Shown here piece after piece: positions 1 to 12,534 of a stretch of DNA of 64,000 nt (positions are counted from its first letter, which is position 1; each line of letters starts with the position of its first letter). The stretch spans positions 9,623,761-9,687,760 of the forward strand of contig OZ316898.1 in assembly GCA_973895155.1 (NCBI GenBank), read 5' to 3'. Source of the stretch: Marsupella aquatica. Lineage: Eukaryota; Plantae; Marchantiophyta. The notes beneath the pieces were generated by a model. The model was given only the letters and a program-made list of their open reading frames with translations. It searched no databases and was not told the origin of the DNA. A program made the translations under genes and the position numbers.

Positions 1-27
1 GAAGTCTCCAGATTTTCTTGGTCTTAC

Positions 28-249
28 ATTGGCACCGAGAAGATTAGGAGTTGCTGTGATGCTGACGTTGGTACTCATAGAAGTCAGTTGTCGATGAAGG
101 TGGATGGTGGACAGAGGTTGACCCTCATCATATCTGGGCTTCAGAGAATAGCGAGTCGTCGCCTTGGCGTCTCCTCCGTGCACCAGAAAAGTCACAAGAA
201 GAATGCCTATGGTCACACCCATGAGCGCCATTCGAACTGACCAACCCAT
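28..249 (-). CDS. First coding exon of a purple acid phosphatase / nucleotide pyrophosphatase-phosphodiesterase (PAP1/PAP24/PAP27 type); the gene continues off the left edge
   Basis: Minus-strand translation MGWSVRMALMGVTIGILLVTFLVHGGDAKATTRYSLKPRYDEGQPLSTIHLHRQLTSMSTNVSITATPNLLGAN gives a signal peptide followed by the QPLS.I.+H....SI.A.P.+LG N-terminal motif of this subfamily. It ends at a GTAAGA donor (27). Absent from the ORF track. Confidence 0.75.
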
Positions 250-544
250 GCCGTCGATCTACCTGCAAGGAAGCGTCCAAGTAGCCCCATCGGCCATCTT
301 TCCATCAAATCATGAAGCTCATTCAAAATTTAACTCGCTCGCCATTGCCAAAATCTACGAAGCATCATCTACTTAATCTCGATCAAACCTGCTACTAAAA
401 TAGAATGCGGCCGGATCCCGTCAAATGCTTCCTCCATTGTATTCGATCGTAGTGCTTCTCTTAGATGGTTTGCTCTCAAGGGAAAATATGAGCAACATGC
501 TCTGTACTTCAAAGGGTGTGTAGCCCGTTTAGCAAGTCGCTATA

Positions 545-576
545 AATTGCAAGTTTCTAGCTAGAAACTTGCAATT
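545..576. repeat. Perfect 32-bp palindrome
   Basis: AATTGCAAGTTTCTAG followed directly by its reverse complement CTAGAAACTTGCAATT, with no loop. Confidence 0.95.
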
Positions 577-972
577 CAACGGAACGGGAAGGCTGGATTT
601 CGTGCACCGTAATGGCATTGCAATCGGCCTCCATTTCTACACCTTTCCGTGCACATTGTGACCAGTGAAATGATTTTCTAATTCTTTGATCGAACCCCAG
701 TTTTAGGTCTTAAGGGCAACTGCTACTCTGACTGTACTCAGCTATTATAACTTCTTCCGCAATAACTGCTTGCCATTTTCTCTCTTTCAGTCTAGCACTA
801 CAGTAGTAGATACGGACCTCCAATATAAGTGGCCCACTGATTTGACAGTCTAGTTCTAGTCACATACTTTGCAAAGCTTAACACGATGGTCGAGACGCTC
901 GATGTTCCTTCTCTCTCAATTAAGAATTGTTTAAGAAATCATTTGCTGTAGTCAGCTACAATATCAGAAGTA

Positions 973-974
<2 letters not shown>

Positions 975-1006
<32 letters not shown>
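975..1006. repeat. (CT)n microsatellite
   Basis: About 16 CT units. Confidence 0.95.
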
Positions 1007-1008
<2 letters not shown>

Positions 1009-3695
1009 ACTGCATGCCGAGCAGTGATCTAAGGCAATCATCCTTGGATTGGCATTAGAGCTGGACAGCAATTGGTCCACAAAGAGTCTGCAACTGTCCA
1101 ATTTGAATGTCGGTGCACGTACAGCTCATCAAAGCTCAACTTCTACCAAAAGAATGATGAACCAGGAGTGGTCGAGGGTGAGAACTGATGCCATGACAGA
1201 GTTTTAAATGAGGTACTAAGGGGCACCAATTTTTAAAAAATTGTCAGCCCCGCGGCCTTCGCAGCGCCGAAAATCTCAGCCGAACTTCTCGGTACAAAGC
1301 ACGAATCTTTGTTAATATCAACTGAGGACAGATTTGGAATCTCATCATTAACGTAAACTCCGGAATCTCACCATTCACGACAATTTGATACAACCCAAAC
1401 AAATTCAACGCAGCAATAATCTATTAAACTCCTAATTAAGAAGCACAGACTAGATTGTCCCTCACCGAGCTGGACTTTCAAACATATGAACCAAGTCTGC
1501 TCGATCCTCCAGTAGACTTGCCTTGACGGTCGATAAAAAATCACTACACTGTCGGAGATCTGACGTGCGACGGCGAAGCTAAAATCGACTCATTGGAAGG
1601 CATGCTTTGATCTCATGTTCAGAGCATCAAAGCCACTGCAACTTCCGACTTCTCTCAATCAAGCCCCCAAATTCAATTTAAGTACACTCAACTCAATTCA
1701 AATCAATTCTAGCGGCAAATTTCAGAATGAGTCCTCCTATGCACGAGCTTGGCGAAGCCCGAGCTCGATCTCAACGGTACGAAGCAAAGTCTACTACTCG
1801 GGATTTCCAAATTCTAATCCGAACTCCGAAATCAGACGTAGGAATCCCACTCGAAGGGTTTACTTATCCTGTACTTCTGTTGGAAGTTAGTCAGAGGAAT
1901 ACCGTACTCGAGAAAATGGGAACACAGTCCGTAAAGGGCCGTAGAGGGGACGTACAGAACGCCTTTTCCTGGTACCTGACTATGCATGTCAACAGGAGAC
2001 AGGTAGTTGATTTATTCATAGCAAAGTCATAACTAGTTTCTACGCACCTTAAAAGTCAAGGGAGCTCAAGCTCAGCACGCGTACAGCCACCTCCAAATCC
2101 TTCCACGTAAACTGCCTACAACATTACCTTTTTTATAGAGAGGCCCCAGCACACGGGAGAGATAAGTTCCTCGTGGATTGCGGAGGGATATACGAGACGG
2201 ATATCCTCCAGCAAGTGCGCGTCCTTTTTTCCACATGAAGAACTTTTGTCCCTCGAAGTAAACGGGGACGGAATCTGCTGCAGTAACTACTCTCAGAAGG
2301 CATATCCTCCGATTCCTCGATCCCGATGCTTCCCTTCACCATCTCAAAGGGTCATCACTGATCTCCCTGGGGCCACACCGAAATGGCAGGAACCCAAATG
2401 GCTAAATTCCAATTAGACAACTGAAGAACTAATCATTGAGTCGGGTAAGCATCCCTTCAGCATCTCAGACGGTCGTCTCCCATCTCTACAGGTTGCACCT
2501 TGACCTGTTGGACCGAAATTGGTTGAACTTTAACACGAGAATGATCATTGGCTGCGAAGATGCTGATTAATGCCGATGTGACTTTACATGACATGGAATC
2601 ATACGTGTCTTCAAAATGCAGGGCCCGGTGACATCTAACTTCAAAGTCTGAGCTCTCAATCACCCAAAGCTCCATAGCAGCGCGAATGCTGCTGAAGGAT
2701 CCGGATCAAGGAGCTGCTTGACAACAACTCCTTCAGACGCTTCTGCTCGCGGGGATGCTCTCTGCATGCATGCCACTGGAGATCCCGGCCAGGCTAGGGT
2801 ATGCCCTCCCTCCGAAAACTGTTTTGGGTGTTGCTACAGAGCCAGGGATTCGCTTTTAGAGGCAACCACGGGATGATCAACTGGAGATCACAATCTCGAG
2901 AGCCAATTCTAGCTTCCCACCGACAAAGAGATCCGCTCTCCCAAGATGAGCCCTCACGGCCTGATCGACCTTGCGAGCCTTTCACTCTCTCAAGAGCCAG
3001 ACTCAACTGGGCTCCTCGGTCAAGTTTACGTTGCACAAGTTTCCAGTCTATTCGCTGACTGTGCATGGTGGAGCTCAGAGAGCTTCGCTGCAGGTGACTT
3101 CATTATATGCTTTTCAAGTGTTCAATAGTGATAACGCACTAAGTGTGCTTTGCTGCAGATCAATGGCGCTATATACTTGGGCTTCTAGGAGCACCTCTCA
3201 TGGCAGATCTACAACGCAACGCAACACTCCATGCACGCTCCACAAAGATAGCTCAAACAGATCAATATACTTCCGGCCTGTTCTACCTTCTCCAGCAATC
3301 CAGCACGAAATCATTCATTCAATCATCCAACATTCATTAGTTCAATCATTGATTTGTTGATTCTCTGTTTCATTTGCTCATTCAGGCGATCCTCTGCTGA
3401 AGATTTTAAACATTACATCGACATCTCTGAGCTCGAGTTGTCACAATTGACGATACACCCTCTGTAGAGTCTCCTTCGTCTACAGAAAGCGTATTGCCAT
3501 TTCATTGAATGTCTGTCACTCAATTCTGTACTGTGAAGGATGAATTAAACATGGTCGCAGACTGATAACACTTCCTCTCTTTCTCGAGCGTTTTAATTTG
3601 TCATTTCTTTCATGAATTCATTCGTGAACGGGTTAATTGTGAAGTTTTTATGCATAGTTCACATCCAATCATTCTACCTTGTGCTCTGCGGAATG

Positions 3696-3842
3696 CTGTA
3701 AAGCTATAGATTCTAGCGCAATCCCAAAATTCATGTTGTAATCGGGAACGCAACATTAATCTGTTGCTACTTTGAAACAATCTGAAGCTATAGATTTTAT
3801 CGCAATCCAAAAATTCACGTTGTAAATGGGAACGCAACATTA
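3696..3842. repeat. Two-copy tandem duplication, period about 85 bp
   Basis: AAGCTATAGATT..GCAATCC.AAAATTCA.GTTGTAA..GGGAACGCAACATT occurs twice. Confidence 0.8.
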
Positions 3843-5373
3843 TTATTTGTATGCCTACTTTGATAGGGACTATTGTGTTACTTATCTTAAACCCCTCCTA
3901 TAGTTTTCTCTTTGTATTTTCTATTGACTGGTTTGGGGTGATGAGATTTATGGTCCCCTCTCTAGCTAACCTGATGGATACCCAATTCTGGGCACAATTT
4001 CCAGGTCAAACATAGACCAAAGTACATCTGCAGCAGTTTAGACTTGTTAATCCTTGGCCACTTTTTAATCCTTGGCCACTCAGGGATCATGGCTATAAGT
4101 CCAAGGGCTCCAAGGGGGCATGGTTTACCCTACAAGACTGTCAGACGTGCAGGTCCAATTTTCAATGTTTAGTTTGCCATAATTGCTTCAAAGGATTCAT
4201 AATTCATTCTATCTATGTGCTGCCTCTTTGTATATAAACCATGTAGTATGACATAATAATCAATCACTGGCCCCTAGAGGTATGACTTTGTGATAGCTCA
4301 TTTAAGTAGTGACTAATAAGTCTTGGTTTTAACTATTGTGGTTGACCCGGGTATAAAAAATTAATTGTTTGATGAACCCCTGGGATCCTTTTTGTGAACA
4401 GACCATCCTCGTTTTTGGCGGGATCACTTATTATGGCATTGGATGCTCACATACGACAGTCTCCATCCAGTCCTTATACAACACAAGAGATTCTGTTGAC
4501 CTCTATACGTACTTATACAAAATGACAAACTGCAATCAAGAGACCAGCAGCATCTTCTTCCTCAAGACGGTACTTCATATGCAGAATCCCAGAAGACATA
4601 CTTGTTCGATCTCTGGTCAAATGATGGAACCAATGGAATTATGTTTATTGTTTGTCATGTTGGGAATTCTTTTCATGGACTCTCTCATGCTGGTTTTCCT
4701 GAAAAGTTAAACTAGCTACTGTTATTCCTGGCTTTTCCTTCTATGACATATGTTTTTCCTAAGCATTCAACAGATTTTGTGTTGGGGCAAAATTGGAAAA
4801 GTGAGTTCAATCAATCATTACGGACCCCACTAGAGGTCCCTTCCAAAATTCGAGACTCCACAACGCGCCATGTCATCGAGACGCGCTATAAACAGATACA
4901 GATTAGTTTACAAAATAAAATTGCTTCATCATTCATGTCTGTGGCATGATTTTGGTACAATTGAGGACGCCATGCCATAAACCTTGATATAAAAATGTTT
5001 GAAAAATAACCATTTTATTTACCCTAGGTAACAGATTGTTCAATTAGTAGGAGGCCCACCTTCCATTTTTTTTACCTTGAGTAACTGCTGCCCACCCACA
5101 TTCTGAGGTGTGTTTCAATTGAATAATAACTAAATCTCTCTCAACAAGTTGATCTCATGACAAAATAATCGTGACAATTTTCTCAACCTTCTGTTGCCAC
5201 GAAGGAAGAAGTGGACATGATTCTATGTTGATCACTCAACACTCCTTTCCATGGCGTCATCATTGCAGTTCCTAACTCGGTGATGCCTCTCGCTACTGTT
5301 AGATTGTCCAACGCATGAGGCACAAGTGAACGAAAGAGAAGCAAGCTTAGCAGGGTTCAGTAAGGGCCTCGTC

Positions 5374-5526
5374 TACGTGCAAATGGTGTTGAAGAGTCTG
5401 GGCATGAAAGAAGGACTTAGTTATAAGAAGTGTCAGCAGATGATCAAGGGAGTCAATGCGGACGGTAATGGGAAGGTGGACTTTCACGAGTTCAAGGAGT
5501 TGATGTCGTCTGAAGCTTTCCGTTAG
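5374..5526 (+). pseudogene. Calmodulin-like (CML) C-terminal EF-hand fragment
   Basis: QMVLKSLGMKEGLSYKKCQQMIKGVNADGNGKVDFHEFKELMS matches the end of EF-hand 3 and EF-hand 4 of plant CMLs. The first loop Asp is replaced by Asn and no N-terminal part is recognisable. Confidence 0.75.
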
Positions 5527-7082
5527 TAGGGGGTCCACGAACTAATTGACATAACTTTTCATCAGAAGAAGATGTTGACCAAGCTAATCACTTTGTCTCA
5601 ACCCCAATGTAGAGATTATTTTCTTTGCTTGTAATTTCTAGGACTCAATCTTCCGTACAGTAATGCATTTGGATAGAACGATGCCCTGATGGACTTGTTC
5701 CAGGTTTGCTGATATGCTCAGATGGACTTTGCAACCCAGATGGACTGCATCCAAACGTTGAAATTGACTCGGATAGCACGTTTGCACTAGAGAGTAAATT
5801 TTGTGTGTAAATCTAAATATTATTGGTGCTAGTGAATCATCATCATTGTAGTTTGCTTTCTCTACAAATGTTACACATCTCAAGGCCACTTTCTTAGTAA
5901 AAGCAGATTTCCAGCAAATTAATTTTTGCATTGATTCCAGTTACATTCGAACCATTATGAGGTACAGACGCAAGATGGGTTTCACAATGCTCGCAACTAA
6001 GCTGAGCATACAACTTGACACCTCTTTTCTATTAACTAGTTTGACTGCCAGTTCTTTGAGCCTAATCGAGGTGAGGACAAAAAAAGTTTGCAATAAAATT
6101 CATTCCCACAATTCAGTCATCAATGACTTTCTCCCATTCATTTTTAAATGCATACAGTCCTCCACCCTCCCTTTCACTTATGCCCTAGATCATTCTCCCA
6201 GTCATTTTTTTTTCTTTTATGCCTACACCCTCATTTTTACTTATGCCCTAGTGTAGGGGTCTAGAGTCTTCACTCTAGAGAGAAGGCCCAGGGAATAGCT
6301 TTTGATTGCAATTATGTACTTGTAGAGTAGATGAGTGCTAGTCTATCCCAATTGCATGGTTCATGCATGAGATCCATCACGCTTCAACTTGGATTTGGAA
6401 AGTACCTCACTTTTTTACATATATTTTTGGGGGCGAACAACTCATTGAGTAACACTGTCAGCGAATGAAACATGGCTTTTAATTGACGGAAATACCCTGA
6501 TAGCTGTGATTTATAAAATGCATGTTTTAGCCAAGTTTGGCCCAACAGTGAGTGAGGGAGGGGAACCTCCCACCACATTGCTAGAGGGAAGGGCGTGAAG
6601 GAAATCCTCGGTAGTGCTGAAAAGAGCGTGCAAAAAGGAGTAGAGCTTTGGGGGTTCTGTCCAACATGATCACTTCGTCTAGTAATCTTGGCCAAACCTA
6701 CTGGTAGCCTCATCTCCTGCTATTTTCAGTTATCTATGTATTACAGTAGATCTCCAAATATGTGAATTGATATGCAGGAAAATTCAGTTTCAGGTGACCT
6801 CAAAACTTCACAAGGTTATCCCTAGTAAGCCAATTAACTCCTTTTCAAACATGCAGGAATGTAGCCAAGAAGCATGTCAAATGTTTGAGCAGGACCTGCA
6901 TGACATATTAATGATTATTGATTCCAGGAATTAACAAAATATTCCCCTGTTTTAGGTTTTTAATTTTAAAAATAATGTATCTGACTACAATAGTTGTTTG
7001 CAATGGATTTTATGGCCTAGGTCTAGAGCGAAACCTTTAGACTGTAACTTGTAACTATACTTGCATCTCTTTGGGGTGTAAG

Positions 7083-7318
7083 GAATGTGAATAATAACGG
7101 GATTTTTTTCTTACACTGAGTTTTTGTAATCACCTATATATATGTTCTTTTGAATGAGAAATGGGGAAAAATTATAAATGAGTGTGAATAATAACGACTA
7201 TTTTTCTTGCAAGTATTTTGTAATTATATATTCTTTGAACCAAGAACGAGGATAAGTCATAATGTGAATAATAAATAATCTTTTTCTTGCACAGGTTTTT
7301 TGGTACTTACCTATATAT
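7083..7318. repeat. Three degenerate tandem units of about 80-100 bp
   Basis: TGTGAATAATAA...TTTTTCTT.CA...TTTTG recurs at about 7086, 7183 and 7263. Confidence 0.65.
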
Positions 7319-7474
7319 ACTGTCAAACGAAGGGGTACTGTAGCTAGGCTAGTATATGGGAAAAGTCACTAATTCTTAAAGTCTGCATCACTCAATGCTT
7401 TTGAGGTCTCTCAAGCACTCTAAACTACTTGCAAAATTTTAATAATGATTCAGTTATTGCGGAAACCTAGAGTA

Positions 7475-10170
7475 CACTGTTTACCATAATTAGTATCATA
7501 ACTTATTTAGTCTCCTTGCATAAATAGTCTCACACACACTATTAAGGGTGTGAGGACAAAGCTCCAAAAAATATAAAAACTAAGTTCCTTATTAATCTCC
7601 TATACATTAATAAAAAATATCACTACAGTACACTTTTTAAGACAACAGTTTTTGTTTTCATGTGAGAGTATAAAGGAATGCTTCTTTGCAAACTGATGGA
7701 TGACTTTTACAAAACCAGGGTCAAACTTAGGACCAAACTATAGGCCACTCTTGGAGCGAACCTACTCCACTCCCAACCACAACTTTGCCTAGATTTCTGC
7801 CCAACTTCTGCCCTACACTCCCCTCTACCATCCCAACCCTTGGCCGGCCCTATCCGTGACCTAAACACTTCACAAAACTTGTTTACCAATCTCATAACAT
7901 TCTCACCAAATTTCGGTGTGTTTTCTCAAGTTTTCGCATCATGGCATTCTCCACAATGGATTTCCATTGTGCATCGCCTCTAATATCTGCATTTGCTCGA
8001 TCTCAACTTAGAGTGAGGAACATAGGGAGGGCTGGAGTTTCGTCACAACCTGCAGAGCTTGTCGAAGATGTTCCAAAAAACTCATTACCTGAAGCTCTTT
8101 CTCTAGATCGATCAATTGCACGTACAGAAGCTGTCCAGACAAAGCGTAAGAGAGCACCTCAGTGCGACGTGACCATGCAAGATCGTAAGAAGGTAGTTTT
8201 GTGGATGAGGCAAGATAGAGAGGCGAATGGCCAAGCTAGACTGTGTTCAAGGATTGTTAAGGAGTTCACAGCGTTATTTCGAGGTAGTTAGAATGCAAAT
8301 CTCAAGAAGGCTGCAGATTGGTGGAAGAATCAAGCAATTTGGTTGCAAATCAACAAAGAGACAGACATATCCATCAATGTTCGTCAAGATGGAATCATTC
8401 GAAAGATGTTGCGGAAGGCAAGAGAAGGTCGAGGCAGGAAGACAGAGGATTGGGTTACGTGGTTGTACCAGTCTACGGTGGACGAGTTCAATCGATTACA
8501 AAAGGCAGGAGTGAAATTTTCACCGAAGCTTTTGCAGCAATTGGCAAAGCAAGTGCTTGACGAATCAACTCATCCGCAATTCTCTTCAACATTTCTGTCA
8601 GGAGGAATTCCTATCTCAGAAAAGATTACACTTCGCTTGATTTAGAGATTTATGGGGAAGTGCAACATTGTTGGCAGGGCACAAATAGGGAAACTGATGG
8701 TGAGTGCAGAGAAGCAAGAGCACATAGATAAAGAGATCGCTTTCCATTTGGGACAACTCAAGAGAGAGTTTGAAGCAGGGACCCTGAATGAAGACCTTGT
8801 TGAAAATGTTGACGAAACTCATTTCGTTGTCAACATTGACAATGGCAAGACAGTGGGATTTCGTGGTGATGACAATGTCAAGTATGCAGATGTAGTTTCT
8901 GGTGGGCAAGGCATGACCATGATCGTACGTCTCACTGGAGGGTCTCGATCTATCATAGAGGTTCCTATGATTGTTTTCCAGAATGATCGTTGCTCTTATC
9001 CTATAGGGAATGTGGAGGATACAATTCCTGGTGTTGCTTACAGATCTGCAAAGAATGGTTTCGTGACGAGAGCTGTCTGGAATCAATGGTTGAATGAACC
9101 GCGCTGCCAAGTCACCAATCTTCAAGGTGGGCAAACAAGAGTGATTTTTGTCGACAATTTCAAGGGCCATGACTATACAGAAGCGTCTTTCACCACGTTG
9201 CAAAGATTGAATGCTACCATACGCAACTTACCTCCATGCTCCACTGATACGACGCAACCTTGTGATTCATTTGTGATCTCCAAGATCAAGGATGCGTGGA
9301 CAGATGCCTGGGAGAAGCACAAGTTGAAGACGATCATGAGTGGAAATGGATTTCAAAATTCTGGTCGAAGCAGTGGGCAGAATTCTGGAGCAATGAAGAA
9401 TCCTGGCAAACGATTTTTCTTAAAGCTTGCTGCAGCATCTGTACAGAAGGTCAATCAACAACGAGACAAGCACACTGGTATAACATATGCAAGGAAGGCT
9501 ATGATTCGTTGTGGTCTTTCCCTTGATATCAATGGAGTGTGGCATGAACAGCAATTGAATCCAGATCTTCAAAATTTGATTCAAAAATACAGGATTCATT
9601 TTGAAGGCACACCTGTGCCTTCTATGGGACATGTACCTGATCAAGATTGAAAGATTGACATTGTTCCTGTAATTCCACCACAGATTAGCAGTACTGATTC
9701 TGATTCAGAAGAGGAACCGCCTGTGGATTCTGAGTCTGAAGGCAATGATTTCGGATCACAAGATGATGAATCTGGACATGATAATTCTGGATCTGGAAAT
9801 GGATTGGATTAGACTTAAATTACAGGAGTATGAGTAGGGAGTTTAGTCAATTGTCATAGTATGAGTTTAGTCAATTGTCATAGTATGATTTTGATTGTAT
9901 TCTTAACCTGATTTTAATAAATAATGTTTGATTTTATATGCCCTTGCAAATACATCTTACTGGCTGGAAAAATTCATAAGTTACACACATTAATTGAGTA
10001 TTTATCACACACTATTTGTGGGTCACCAAAAATAATTTTCCTTACTTTAATTTAGAATAACATGTATTTACTCTCACTTCTTATATAGTCTCACACACAT
10101 TAAATATGGTGATATCCTTCAAAATACTTTGTTCATAAATACTGTGTGATACTAATTACGGTAATCAATG
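7475..10170 (+). mobile_element. Full-length pogo-like (Tc1/mariner superfamily) DNA transposon
   Basis: Left TIR 7475-7500 CACTGTTTACCATAATTAGTATCATA matches the reverse complement of 10145-10170, CATTGATTACCGTAATTAGTATCACA, at 22/26. TA flanks both ends (7473-74, 10171-72). An internal DDE_1-type transposase is present. Confidence 0.9.
7941..9812 (+). pseudogene. pogo-like DD36D transposase interrupted by in-frame stops
   Basis: ORFs 7941-8291, 8343-8645 and 8652-9650 share one frame, separated by TAG 8289 and TAG 8643. After TGA 9648 an acidic tail runs to TAG 9810. Catalytic motifs NVDETHF, IFVDNFKGH and LPPCSTDTTQPCD are present, with 36 residues between the 2nd and 3rd Asp. Confidence 0.88.
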
Positions 10171-11119
10171 TAGATGGCACCATGGTATTGTGTGTCTAGA
10201 GCACTCTTTTCGCTCGGGAAAAGTGATTCAATAAGCTCAAGATAATGATAGTTGTGTGATCATTTTCCTAGTAGGCGAACAAGGAGGGACTCTATCACTC
10301 GAGGTGTACCGTTGAAACAGAGCAGGGTTTAGGGTTTATTGAGCTCGTCGTCCATTCCTCGAGTCTATGATTCAATCACGAAAGGCATCCGGAATTTGTT
10401 GGAATTTTAGTCTCGGCTGTCACCACAAGATACGATCCTTCTTGCGGTGCGCATCTCTCCCTTTTCACCTCTGATTGATTTCCACAAGCATCACCTGTTG
10501 AATTGCGAACACAATGTTGGAATGTCCGGAATTCGCAGGAAATTTAGTTTAGGGGCACAGAAACTCTCGTTGTTTGTTGGGACGGTGCAGGAGCGTTACC
10601 TCTCGTTGTGGTCTCGCCTTCTCTCACTCAGTCTTTGGGAGCCCTCGTTTGATTGATTCGTCAATTTGTTCGCAGCTACAGTACAGTAGGTTAGGTTGGA
10701 AAGTCTTAGCTCGTTCTGTCAAGTTCTTTGCAAGTAGCACGAAGCATTTTCTCAAGCTCCCGCGAAGAAATCTTCGCACTACTGACATTGATTGGTTATC
10801 GTTCGCTGCTACATCTGGTTTAAGAATTTTGTCAAAGCTCAGCACAGAATTTTAGTTTTACAAATACTGTCTGTGCACGGGAGTTTCGAGCATTCAGTGA
10901 TCTTGCATTTGACGTACAATAATTTCTGCAGTGATGGCTGCTGCAGTTTACTTCAACGTCCCAATGTTCGCAACTAGGTCACAATTTGTCCAGTCTATCA
11001 TGGTCTAACAAGCAACTGCAAAAAATTCAGAATTTCGCCCCGTTTCTCCTGCGGATGGACGGACAACGATTTTGTTAGGGAGGACCCTCTCTTCGCTCAG
11101 GAATTAGGGTTCCGGAGCA

Positions 11120-12534
11120 ATGCCGCGATACACAACGTCCCAGACTTACACCGAGGGGAACACGCAGATTGTGGCGTTACCGGAAAGCGGTAGTAAGAAT
11201 AATTCCCAAATTGTCGAGTTTAAAGGGGAGGTTGCACCAGTAGTGAAAGATGATGAGGATTTGGAGGAGAAGCTGCGGAGGATTAGTGACCAGGTGCCAG
11301 TGCGCATCAGCAACACATCCGGAAGCTCCGCAGGTTCGGGTTCGGGTGACTTCCATCAGGTGTGGACGACGATCAGTCAATTTACTGCAGTTCTTGATCT
11401 TACTTATGTGCAGGCTTCCAACAGTTAGGTCAAGGAAATTGAGTCCTTTGCATTGTTTGGTAACATCTGTTGTGTTTGCCAAATGCCGCTTTCCTTCGAT
11501 ACGCAGAATGAGCTTACTTTACCGGTCTAATTTTTCGGCTTGAATCTTGACATTAAGAATATCGTCGATTCCTCATGGGATCTTTTCTATATTCCGTAAC
11601 TATGGTCGAATGATTAGTTTTGAAAGAAAAAGAACAGTTTATCCTCAAGTGGAAAAGTTCGCATGTTTAATATACTTATAATGTTCTATTCTTGAAACCA
11701 AATGGCATTTCAGACCCTGTGCTTTTTAGTGGAGCCTTCAGCAGTCAATTTGACTTTACCTATGCTCTTTTGGCTAGATTCTAACAATACTTTTTACTTA
11801 GTCCCATTGGGTTTGAAGACTTGGATTCACCTGCCGATACTGTGTTTCTGGCTGTCGAGTGGAAGGACTTCGGATGACAACCCACAGTTCGTCCTCGTAC
11901 AAATATTCTCCCTGCTGAATGAAGAGCGGAAGGCCGTTCCTTGCCATAGAATTGGAACCTGTCATTACCAATCTTAAAGGGAGTCAATAGCAAAGCTTTG
12001 CCAGAACGGCTTGCATTTGTAACAGTTTACGTTACCAGTACAACCAATATTTGTCAATCCTACCCTTCCAACTGTATACATCAGGTCTATGAAGAAGCTG
12101 ATTTAGTCTTTGTACTTGTAAATCTTTCTTAGTATCGGCAAATGCGCCGGAGAGAGCAAGATCGATTGGCTCGGATGGAAGCTGATTACCAAAAGCGAAC
12201 AGAGGAACAAGATTTTCTTGCTCGTCGGGAAGAAAGGATGCGGGCAGCAGACGAACGCACTGCAAAGAAGAGAGCCAAACGCCAGAAGAAGAAAGAGAAC
12301 AAAAGACAAAAGAAACAGGAAAAGGTCGGTGCTCTGGGTGAAGGTGAGGCTGAGCAACCAGTCCAACAAGGCCCACGTGATTCAATAGGTCCACAAGATC
12401 TAAAAGGTCAACAAGATGACTCCACAGATGAAGATGGCTCTGATGATGAGAAGTACAGAGGACGACCACCACGTCCGAATCGAATAGCAGCAGCCCCAAG
12501 TATAGTCCCCCATGCATTCGTACGCAAATCCTAG
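11120..12534 (+). CDS. PRKRIP1: PRKR-interacting protein 1 homolog (spliceosome C*/P factor); exons 11120-11359 and 12133-12534
   Basis: GSSAGSGSGDFHQ|YRQMRRREQDRLARMEADY...ERTAKKRAKRQKKK is the DUF1168 signature. A canonical GT-AG intron (11360-12132) joins the exons in frame. Confidence 0.93.

Noticed and set aside
1250-3500. Possible gene, miRNA precursor or retroelement
   Set aside because: No recognisable domain, known miRNA or long stem was found. Part of it may be the phosphatase 5' leader; left unassigned.
4369-4710. 113-aa ORF with scattered Cys and His
   Set aside because: No convincing domain pattern in any single frame.
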